Shown: positions 25,706 through 34,037 of the stretch, one piece after another
Numbering within the stretch: position 1 is the first letter of the stretch
Layout: every line of letters begins with the position of its first letter
Source: Methanobacteriota archaeon
Lineage (GTDB): Archaea; Halobacteriota; Syntropharchaeia; JAUWIL01
Reading direction: 5' to 3'
Assembly: GCA_030605385.1 (NCBI GenBank)
Contig: JAUWIL010000001.1
Coordinates: 1 to 52,575 of the forward strand
Length of the DNA stretch: 52,575 nt
Position numbers and translations under genes: made by a program
Notes under the pieces: model-generated
Database searches by the model: none
The model's input: the letters and a program-made list of their open reading frames with translations, nothing else
Told to the model about the DNA's origin: nothing

Positions 25706-25975
25706 CCTACACTAATTTTAAAGACTCGTTCTAAAAACAATACTTATTTTCCCGCAGGATGGAATTTGCTGCTGAACCACTACATCAATCTGAAAAAATC
25801 CCCTTGAAAATGTTAGAACCGCTGACTATTCAACAAAGATGCTACATTACTTCAATGGTATTACTGCTGCACTGCGTTTGCACTGCACCATCTGGTTGTA
25901 ATCTGGTTATACCGGTTACCTTCTGCGCCACTATTTTATAAGAAAATGAGATGTACCTGAATGGTTCGACTTTAT

Positions 25976-27268
25976 TCATAAAAGCCATTCATCACGCGTA
26001 CTCCCTGTGATCTCGCCGGCTATGTTGGTGCGCATCACGCGTGCTATCTCATCCCCATCCTGCGTCTGCGCCAGCGTCCACATCAGCTTGACAAGCGCAG
26101 TCTCGGGCAGCATGTCTTCTCCCTCTATTACACCAATCCTCAACATATCCCTTCCCGTGTCGTAGACGCGGTCGCACACCCTCCCATACAGGCACTGTGA
26201 GGTTGTCACAACCGTCACATCATTCTTTACGGCATCCTCTATGCTGCAGAGCCATTCAGTTGACACGTGTCCCAGTCCCGTACCCTCAATAACTATTCCC
26301 GGGTAGCCCTTTGATACATAGAAATCGATAATATCCGGTGATGCACTCGGGTAGAATTTTATCAATGCGCATCTTGATTCCAGCTTGTCATGTAATCCCA
26401 GTTCTCTTTCTCCCCTCTTGACATGGTTTTCCGCTAGTGTTATCCTGCGCGTTTTATAATCTACTTCACCTATTGGCGGTACGTTTATTGATTTAAATGC
26501 ATCCCTCCTGGACGTGTGCATCTTCCTTACTTTTGTACCCCTGTGTATATGGCATGTTGTATCAGATGTGCCAGAGTGCATGACAACTGCCACTTCTCCA
26601 AGATCGCTCGTGCACGTTATCGCGGCACATACTGCATTGACCACATTGTCGCTGCTGGGCCTGTCTGCGCTTCGCTGCGATCCTACCATTATCACGGGTA
26701 CAGGAGTTTCAAGCATGAAGGATAGCGCCGCTGAAGTGTAGCCCATGGTGTCCGTGCCGTGGGTTATCATAATGCCATCTGCACCGTTTTTGATCTCTTC
26801 ATGTGTTTTTCTCGCCAGTTCCACCCAGTATTCGGTTTTCATGTTCTCGCTAAGTATGCTGTATGCTACCTGTGCGTTGTATTCTGCTATCTCTGCCAGT
26901 TCGGGTATTGCGTTAAGTATGTCCTCTGCGGTGAACTGGCTGGTCACTGCTCCCGTGCGGTAGTCTATCTTACTGGCTATGGTTCCGCCTGTTGAGATTA
27001 TCGATACCTTTGGCAGGTCTTGCGGAAGCCCTCCGGAGGGTTCTATCTGTTTGGATTCTTGTTGTTTGGACTCTTGTGATAGCGCTTCGGCTGACCCTTC
27101 TTGTTTACTCTCTAGAATAGTTATCTGGATTTCTTCTGACCTGAAGCCTATATTATAGCCATTATCCAGCTTTATTACGGTTTGACCTGTAGTCGAGGGC
27201 ATCAGTATTCCCTCATACCTACTAGAGCCTTTCCCTACTACTACCCGGTCTCCATCCCTTACTGACAC
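25976..27268 (-). CDS. gatD: Glutamyl-tRNA(Gln) amidotransferase subunit D
   Basis: N-terminal AD1 domain (GDRVVV...YEGILMP), then an asparaginase domain (ISTGGTIAS..., HGTDTM). Confidence 0.9.
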   Translation of the reverse strand: MSVRDGDRVVVGKGSSRYEGILMPSTTGQTVIKLDNGYNIGFRSEEIQITILESKQEGSAEALSQESKQQESKQIEPSGGLPQDLPKVSIISTGGTIASKIDYRTGAVTSQFTAEDILNAIPELAEIAEYNAQVAYSILSENMKTEYWVELARKTHEEIKNGADGIMITHGTDTMGYTSAALSFMLETPVPVIMVGSQRSADRPSSDNVVNAVCAAITCTSDLGEVAVVMHSGTSDTTCHIHRGTKVRKMHTSRRDAFKSINVPPIGEVDYKTRRITLAENHVKRGERELGLHDKLESRCALIKFYPSASPDIIDFYVSKGYPGIVIEGTGLGHVSTEWLCSIEDAVKNDVTVVTTSQCLYGRVCDRVYDTGRDMLRIGVIEGEDMLPETALVKLMWTLAQTQDGDEIARVMRTNIAGEITGSTRDEWLL

Positions 27269-27333
27269 AAATCTAAACGTTTACTTGGATTTGTTATAAT
27301 TGTTTGGGTTCAATGGTGATCCCATCTGGAAGA

Positions 27334-27615
27334 TTACCCCATGGTTATTTCCGATGCAATCCTTTCAGCTAGCTCCTGCATTCTTACCGACGTCCTCCCG
27401 ACACCCGAATTCTTATCATCGGTTATTATTGATGCAAGCTCGTTCCCAAGCATGAATATTGCTTGTTTATGTTCAGCCTTGCTCCTGTGTATGTGTGCCG
27501 GGCTTATGTTGAGAGTTGCATAGCTTCCAAACCCTGATTCCATTCCCTTATCTTCAAAATACTTCTTTAGTTGTGCCAGCAATATGTGGAGATGTATCAA
27601 TTCTTCCTTTCGCAT
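27334..27615 (-). CDS. UPF0058 family protein
   Basis: MRKEELIHLHILLAQLKKYFE... is the conserved archaeal UPF0058 N-terminus as I recall it. Confidence 0.55.
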   Translation of the reverse strand: MRKEELIHLHILLAQLKKYFEDKGMESGFGSYATLNISPAHIHRSKAEHKQAIFMLGNELASIITDDKNSGVGRTSVRMQELAERIASEITMG

Positions 27616-27929
27616 AATCTCTCCCCCATTTACCTATACCTTCTTCACCTTGCTGAAGATGATAAAAATAGTATTCAAATATATACTAAGTAATATAGTA
27701 GGAAGGTAACTTCCTACAATCCCATATATAAATTATATACTTAATATGCCACGATTTATCATGGCAATTTAATACTTCGACTACTCTTACCTTAATTTAC
27801 AAAATTGCTTGCAGAACGCTCCGCCTTTAAAGACGGGGATGAATGCAGCACATCATCAAGCAATTTTGTAAACGCTACAAACTTTAGTTTGTAGTAGTTT
27901 ACCATGACATATAACACCTAATAACGCAT

Positions 27930-29390
27930 TCAATTAGCGAGAAGCTCCTTACTGGCAATTATTTTGAGCGATACCGGCATCTTTGCAACGTTACCAATCT
28001 TTATGCCAATCAGGTAGTCCAACCTCTTCTCAGCAGCAATATCTATGATTCTCTGAGTGATTACGCCATCGAATACTACACCTTTGGTGTCATTATTAGA
28101 TTCTTTGAGCGTTTCTACGAGGTCCCGCACAGCCACCTCCTTGACTGTCTTCTTATCGCTGTCCAGGAGCCTTGCGTTCAACGTGCTGTTGAGTTCCTCA
28201 GCATGAATCCTTAACTTACTATCAGCCCCAACAGGCTTGATCATCATACTCTGGGTGTGCTCTGCATTCACATGCCCTCGCGGGACTGCATTGTCCCGCA
28301 AGACCTTTGGTCTAGGTCTATCTGGACTCTGAGTGCCGGCAACAGGTTCTACCCGTTCAACCCTGCCCTTTCTCCGTATTGATAGAATTCTCTTGGATTG
28401 GCTACCATATTGTTTGCTATCCTGCTTCCGTGTCTCATCCCTACCCAATGCCTGCCTTGAGTCTTGATGTCTTGTGGGGGGTTGACGTCTTGAATCACGT
28501 GGGCTGCTGGTGTCACGCCTTTGCTGTTGATACGGGCGTCTTCCACCATTCTTCAACGCATACATATCTCTAGCCTGTTCTATGGGAATCTTGTTGCGGA
28601 GTGACTTTATGATCTCCTTCTGCGTCAGCTCCTCGACCCCTTTGCCATCCGGCGCTCTTGCAACATAATCCACATCTGCAATCTGTATTAACTCCTTCAG
28701 TATAAGTTCGCCCCCGCGGTCGCCGTCAGTAAAAGCCGTAACCGTCTTCCTCTTGCTCAGTTCCACTACTGAATGCGGTACATTCGTACCCTCCACAGCA
28801 ACAGCATTCTTGATGCCGCATCTGAGAAGTTTGAGTACGTCAGCCCGGCCCTCAACTATCAGGATCGCATCTGAACTGATTACGTTCGGACCTGCAGGCA
28901 GCTTCTCGCTACCAAAGTATGTTATCTCCTCTACGCGTATTGCCTGTTTTACCTCACCCATAATCTCCTGTGTTTCGGGAATGGCTTCATCAAACATATC
29001 CTGAACTATGTTCTTCGCGCGATCGATGATGTGCCTGCGCTTTGATGCGCGCACATCCTCAACACTGGCCACTTTTATATTCGCTACACATGGTCCAACT
29101 CTATCTATCGTCTCAAGTGCTGCCGCAAGTATGGCAGTCTCGGTCTTGTCCAGACTGGAAGGTATCTGAACTGTTCCCCTTGACTTTCCGGCACTGGACT
29201 CTATGTTAACTTCTATCCTGCCTATGCGACCCGTTTTCTGCAGGTCGCGCAGGTCGAGATCGTCACCTAACAAGCCCTCTGTCTGCCCAAATATGGCGCC
29301 CACTACATCTGGACGCTCCACAATTCCTTCCGCAACTATGTTAGCGCAAATGACATACTTTGTTGTATCATAATCCTGCATTATATTCAC
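27930..29390 (-). CDS. dnaG: Archaeal DnaG primase (Toprim)
   Basis: KYVICANIVAEGIVERPDVVGAIFGQTEGLLG, the Toprim motifs ILIVEGRADV and FTDGDRGGE. An R/Q/S-rich disordered insert of about 95 aa lies before the C-terminal domain. Confidence 0.9.
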   Translation of the reverse strand: MNIMQDYDTTKYVICANIVAEGIVERPDVVGAIFGQTEGLLGDDLDLRDLQKTGRIGRIEVNIESSAGKSRGTVQIPSSLDKTETAILAAALETIDRVGPCVANIKVASVEDVRASKRRHIIDRAKNIVQDMFDEAIPETQEIMGEVKQAIRVEEITYFGSEKLPAGPNVISSDAILIVEGRADVLKLLRCGIKNAVAVEGTNVPHSVVELSKRKTVTAFTDGDRGGELILKELIQIADVDYVARAPDGKGVEELTQKEIIKSLRNKIPIEQARDMYALKNGGRRPYQQQRRDTSSPRDSRRQPPTRHQDSRQALGRDETRKQDSKQYGSQSKRILSIRRKGRVERVEPVAGTQSPDRPRPKVLRDNAVPRGHVNAEHTQSMMIKPVGADSKLRIHAEELNSTLNARLLDSDKKTVKEVAVRDLVETLKESNNDTKGVVFDGVITQRIIDIAAEKRLDYLIGIKIGNVAKMPVSLKIIASKELLAN

Positions 29391-30012
29391 ACCTCCGAAT
29401 CAACAAATAGAATAGCTAGATAATCAGGGGTTTTGATCCCCCAATTCGGAGATTTATATTTACCTAAATCCACTCACTGCCATGTATCAAAGCAGTATAC
29501 TGTCATTCAGGCTTTTTCTGGTCCTCAAGTGCAAACAAAGCACTTGGCAGCCACCAAAAGCACTTAGCAGCTATAAAATGCCTTTATAAAACTTCCTTTA
29601 TAAGGCCCTTATAAGATATTGCGCTGCATCAAGCTTACCTATAGCGGCAAATTCCTCAAGTGTTCCTTACCCCCGAGGGGTCGTACTACCGTTATAAAGC
29701 ACATATAAGAATGGTTGAATCAAACTTGCTGCAACCCTACGTGCAGTCCCTTATTCAATCCCTTCCCTACAATAGCCTTACCAGAATATTACTCCTGCTA
29801 ATTTCTCACAATATACATGATGATGAATATGATTCGTGATTATCTAGCCATCTATGTAACCATCTATGCATTTCGGATGATTGTTGATATTGTTGTAATA
29901 TGCTACACATTTAGCCAAGCTATGCTTTAATAAGTTTGCGGTGTTGATATTAATTATTGTGTTAAAATATTGTGTTAAAAAAACAAAAGTTGGTTTTATA
30001 ATTATGCGCTTC

Positions 30013-30495
30013 CTATTCACTCCATACAGTCTTTGCACCAACAGCTAATCTCAGCTTCTCAAGATACGAATAGAGACTTTCAACGTCATATACTTCCTTC
30101 CTAACAAGAGAAGCAATTCTCATCCTAATGGAGTCTTCGACCCGTATGCCCCTGTGCCTTAAATAAATCCCTATGCGTTCGGCAAGTTCGTCCCCTTTTG
30201 AATCCCAGTCTGTAAGAATTACTGCAACAGCGCTAAAACCAGAATTAGCAGTCGCTCCCGAGATATCTTTACCTCCCCTACTGGAAAGTTCATCATGTAT
30301 TCTGTCAGCAAGAGGGAAGAGCGCGTGATGGGATACCATAAGAATATTGCCGTGTATACCAAGTTCCTCCAGAGAGGCTTTGTCCTTCATACCCTCAACT
30401 ATCAATACAGCTCCGGACTCGCAAAGACTGCGTATTTCGTCTAAAGCCTGTTCAACCCGCTCCAATCTCTTAAGGTCATTCATGGCAGGGTACAA
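30013..30495 (-). CDS. Small Toprim-domain protein (UPF0292/RNase M5-like)
   Basis: LIVEGMKDKASLEELG and VILTDWDSKGDELA form the Toprim E ... DxD pair. Confidence 0.65.
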   Translation of the reverse strand: MYPAMNDLKRLERVEQALDEIRSLCESGAVLIVEGMKDKASLEELGIHGNILMVSHHALFPLADRIHDELSSRGGKDISGATANSGFSAVAVILTDWDSKGDELAERIGIYLRHRGIRVEDSIRMRIASLVRKEVYDVESLYSYLEKLRLAVGAKTVWSE

Positions 30496-30651
30496 TCTCC
30501 AACAATCTATAAAAAACGCATTCGAAGTAAGTAGGTGCCTCAGAACTCATAGGGTCTGTCATCACCCTTTAAGGGGCTCAGCTATTATCTTCTTCATCAT
30601 CGGCACCTGTAGAAATATCGGGAGTCAAGTGCCTTAATAGTTCTTACCACA

Positions 30652-30767
30652 TCTTGCGAAGCACAGCTTCGCGGGATATCTGAAGGGTGCGCCTTCAGAA
30701 ATATCTTGCGAAATCGGAGATTTCGCGAGACAACCGAATACGAAGTATTCGTTAAGTCTTGCGGGGG
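30652..30767 (+). repeat. Family B hairpin array (4 hairpins plus a truncated fifth), abutting the pyrF stop
   Basis: TCTTGCGAAGC..GCTTCGCGGGA, TATCTGAAGG..CCTTCAGAAATA, TCTTGCGAAATC..GATTTCGCGAGA, CAACCGAATAC..GTATTCGTTAAG, then TCTTGCGGGGG. Confidence 0.85.
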
Positions 30768-31427
30768 CTACCTGCTTCTACCTATCTCGTCTATGATTCG
30801 TTCGGCAGCCACCCTTGGATTATCAGATTTGTATATGCTGCGCCCCACTATGATATGATTTGCACCGTTAATGATGGTTTCGCGCACACTCCCACCCTGC
30901 GCACCTACGCCCGGGCACATAATCTCCATATTAGGTCCGACTATGTCACGTACAACGGCGATGCGCTCGGGCCGTGTCGCAGGCGCTATTATTCCGTCTG
31001 CGTTGCAATCCACTGCCATGTGCACCATGCGCTCCATGCTTGGCTGTAGAAACTCAACCGCACCTGGATGACTCATTTCCACTACCACATATACCATACC
31101 ATTATGCTCGCGAGCGCTGTCCACACACGTCATGAGGCTGTCTCTACCTGTGAATGCGTGCGTTATGATTGCACCGGCTCCTGCCTGAAATATCTGCTGA
31201 CATATCAGGCGATTGGTGTTAGGTATGTCAGCCACCTTCAGGTCTGCTATGACGTGTATGCGTTTGCTGAGTTCACTTATGACGGTTTTACCAGTCGATA
31301 ATATTAGTGGATACCCCACTTTCACCGCGTCAATCAAACCCTGGAGCTGATCGGTTATGCCTAGCGCTTCATCTCCAGAGGTTACATCGAGCGCTAACAC
31401 AAGTCCCGTGCTATTAGGTATTCTCAT
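30768..31427 (-). CDS. pyrF: Orotidine 5'-phosphate decarboxylase
   Basis: LVLALD, ADLKVADIPNT, IVGRSI. Confidence 0.9.
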   Translation of the reverse strand: MRIPNSTGLVLALDVTSGDEALGITDQLQGLIDAVKVGYPLILSTGKTVISELSKRIHVIADLKVADIPNTNRLICQQIFQAGAGAIITHAFTGRDSLMTCVDSAREHNGMVYVVVEMSHPGAVEFLQPSMERMVHMAVDCNADGIIAPATRPERIAVVRDIVGPNMEIMCPGVGAQGGSVRETIINGANHIIVGRSIYKSDNPRVAAERIIDEIGRSR

Positions 31428-31460
31428 TTTCCTTCCTCATCTAATTCATATTTTTTACAT

Positions 31461-31838
31461 GTATGAAATGCGAAGCATGTCCGAAAACCTTAGGTTTTCG
31501 TACTGTTGCGGAACTTCGTTCCGCAAACATGTCTGGAAGCGAAGCTTCCATACGGTTACAGAGCTCCGCTCTGTAAACATGTTTAAAAATCTTTGATTTT
31601 TAAACGGTTGAAAAACTACGTTTTTCAAACATGTCTAAAAGTGGAACTTTTAGACTGTTATGGAACTTTGTTCCATAAACATGTCCGAAAACCTTAGGTT
31701 TTCGTACTGTTGCGGAACTGCGTTCTGTAAACATGTATGAAAAGCTCTGCGTTTCATACGGTTATGGAGCTGTGCTCCATAAACATGTTTAAAAATCTTT
31801 GATTTTTAAACGGTTGCAAAACTACGTTTTGCAAACAT
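31461..31838 (+). repeat. Family A double-hairpin array: one truncated plus seven complete 50-52 nt units
   Basis: Units start at 31476, 31528, 31578, 31630, 31680, 31732 and 31784. Every junction reads AAACATGT. Confidence 0.9.
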
Positions 31839-31873
31839 TCCAATCTCTCACTTTTTACATTCCAATCTCTCAC
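31836..31873. repeat. Direct repeat CATTCCAATCTCTCAC x2 separated by TTTTTA (part of a 22-nt tandem duplication)
   Basis: Read directly. It covers the dys stop codon. Confidence 0.9.
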
Positions 31874-32834
31874 GGGTAGCAGCAATTATTATCGGCAGCG
31901 CTATGGTGATGTCCGCATATACCGTTACGTAGCTGCCGCTCCCCTTCACCTTACCCCACGACTTGGCCTCATCGAGTGTGGCACCTGAGAGTCCGCCTGT
32001 CTCTGGACGGTCCATTGTAATCTGTATACTATAATCCATGCCCCCTCTCGGTATGGCTATCATACTCTGAAGTATGTAGTTCTTCGGAAGACCGCCGCCA
32101 AGTATGAATGCTCCAAGGCTCCTTGCCTCATAGCATATGTCCATGAACTCCTTCATATCCTCAAAAACGTCAACGTTTAAACTTAGGGTCTGTTTGTGAA
32201 GCCATGCCTGGAGCCCTATTGCCGAATCGGCTATGCCGGGGCAGTATATGGGCACTTCCATCTCATAGCATGCCCCGAGGATCGAGTTCTTGCAGTCTAT
32301 ATTTTCACCCAGTGCGGTTATCAGCTCACGTATGCTAAGGGTTCTGCCCTCCAGACCTGCAAAGGCGTTCAGCATGTGCTCCTCAAAGGTCGTGAAGTGT
32401 TCTTCGGGCAGAAAAACATCGAATATGCGGTTTATCTGCTTATCCCTAAGTTCAATGTCATTTACCGCCGCAGTGCCGTGATAATGATGTCCGCCAAGTG
32501 ATTCTATGATGTCGTGCACGATGTTCGCACCAGTGGTAACCAGTACATCCACATACCCATCATACACCATGTCAGATAGTATCCTGCGCATCCCTGCCGG
32601 TACCAGCGCTCCTGCCAGCCCGAGAAACTTGGTGGTATCGCTGAGCATCATCATCTCCATTATATCCACAGCTTCAGCGATTCTTCCTGCGCCGAATGCG
32701 CATCCGCCCAGCTCATTGACAAGTTCGTTAACGGTCATTGGGGTCCTGATCTGCGCGTGACGTATGATCAGACTGCTGTCGAGCATACCTTCAGGGCCGC
32801 CGCCAGGATTTCGTTCATCTCGCTCTTCGTTCAT
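31848..32834 (-). CDS. dys: Deoxyhypusine synthase
   Basis: Start set to MNEERDERNP at the ATG at 32834. The upstream extension looks non-coding. Conserved regions: TGANIVHD, GGGLPKNY, and the SWGK lysine region. Confidence 0.85.
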   Translation of the reverse strand: MNEERDERNPGGGPEGMLDSSLIIRHAQIRTPMTVNELVNELGGCAFGAGRIAEAVDIMEMMMLSDTTKFLGLAGALVPAGMRRILSDMVYDGYVDVLVTTGANIVHDIIESLGGHHYHGTAAVNDIELRDKQINRIFDVFLPEEHFTTFEEHMLNAFAGLEGRTLSIRELITALGENIDCKNSILGACYEMEVPIYCPGIADSAIGLQAWLHKQTLSLNVDVFEDMKEFMDICYEARSLGAFILGGGLPKNYILQSMIAIPRGGMDYSIQITMDRPETGGLSGATLDEAKSWGKVKGSGSYVTVYADITIALPIIIAATRERLECKK

Positions 32835-33059
32835 AGTTGTAGTTAGGATTATTGCACTATGTATAATATGAATATTGCGGAAACAGAGTTTTCGCCGGAA
32901 ATTGTGTATGCAGTTTGATGTCGGTTGCATCAAGGGAGACGCGATTGAGGGATATAACCAAATATTCATAAATACTTAAGTGGATGACGATTATACCTCT
33001 ACCAGAAAAAACATGCCCCTCTAACATTCTCTCTAACACCTACTGTATGTGGTGCTGTT

Positions 33060-34037
33060 ATGCGTGACATAGCTGATATCATAATGGGGAAGGTTGATGT
33101 TGCATCATACTCAACCCGCCTGCTGATAGGTTTGCCTCTAACCGTACTGATGCTGGCGCTCATCATCATAGGCGCCACATATGCCGACTGCGGTGCACCC
33201 GTGCAGATGGGGGTTGATTTTAAGGGCGGCACGATTATCACACTTAACACCAGTGAAGGAACTGCTGCACTCGCTGAGAAGTTTTCCTCATATCCAGATG
33301 TGTCCATACGCGAGGGTGGGGGGCGCATGATGGTTCATCTCGGTCCAATGAACGAGAAGTTGATGGATACTCTCGTAGAAAGTGTGAACCATGATTACCC
33401 CGGCAGTGAGATTCGTACTATGGGCGAGGTATTCGGCCATGAACTTCAGTGGCAGGCAGTTCAGGCAGTTGCCTATGCATTTATCGGAATGGTAATTGTT
33501 ATCTTCATAATATTCCGCACCATGGTGCCGTCATTCTCGGTTGTGTTTTCGGCAATGTCAGACATGATAATAGCTGTGGCAATTATGGATGCGGTCGGGA
33601 TGCAGATGTCTCTGGCAACTGTGGCTGCACTTCTAATGATCATAGGATATTCTGTGGACAGTAATATTCTTCTCAGCACGCGTATGCTGCGGACAGGGAA
33701 AGGGAGAGTTGAGGACAAGATCAGGGGTGCTATGCGCACCGGACTTATGATGTCAACTACCACGATGTCGGCTATTCTCGTAATGCTAGTAGTGTCAAAC
33801 TCGTTCTATCTTATCCCCCCATACACAAGTATTCCAGTACTCCGGGACATATCTCTTGTGCTGCTTTTCGGCATGTGTGCCGATATGATGAATACATGGT
33901 TGCTTAACGCGGGTATTATGCGCATGTACCTCGAGTACCTCGAGCGCATGAAAAAGAAACGAAGTAAAAAGAAGAGGACGAAAAGCACCAGAAGTAAGGG
34001 AGATAAGAGTGGTAAAAGAGGGGGCGGCCGCAGATGA
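33060..34037 (+). CDS. secF: Protein-export membrane protein SecF
   Basis: GVDFKGGT motif, six-TM C-terminal half (IGYSVDSNIL), and a K/R-rich tail. Confidence 0.85.
   Translation: MRDIADIIMGKVDVASYSTRLLIGLPLTVLMLALIIIGATYADCGAPVQMGVDFKGGTIITLNTSEGTAALAEKFSSYPDVSIREGGGRMMVHLGPMNEKLMDTLVESVNHDYPGSEIRTMGEVFGHELQWQAVQAVAYAFIGMVIVIFIIFRTMVPSFSVVFSAMSDMIIAVAIMDAVGMQMSLATVAALLMIIGYSVDSNILLSTRMLRTGKGRVEDKIRGAMRTGLMMSTTTMSAILVMLVVSNSFYLIPPYTSIPVLRDISLVLLFGMCADMMNTWLLNAGIMRMYLEYLERMKKKRSKKKRTKSTRSKGDKSGKRGGGRR

Noticed and set aside
29815-29885. C/D-box sRNA (ATGATGA at 29817)
   Set aside because: No CTGA D box, and no C'/D' pair at the appropriate spacing downstream.
31461-31838. Possible CRISPR array (regular ~50 nt periodicity)
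   Set aside because: The units are contiguous with no unique spacers, and each unit is itself two palindromic hairpins. Unit sequences vary while the scaffold is fixed, which is the opposite of CRISPR repeats. There are no cas genes and no leader in the window.
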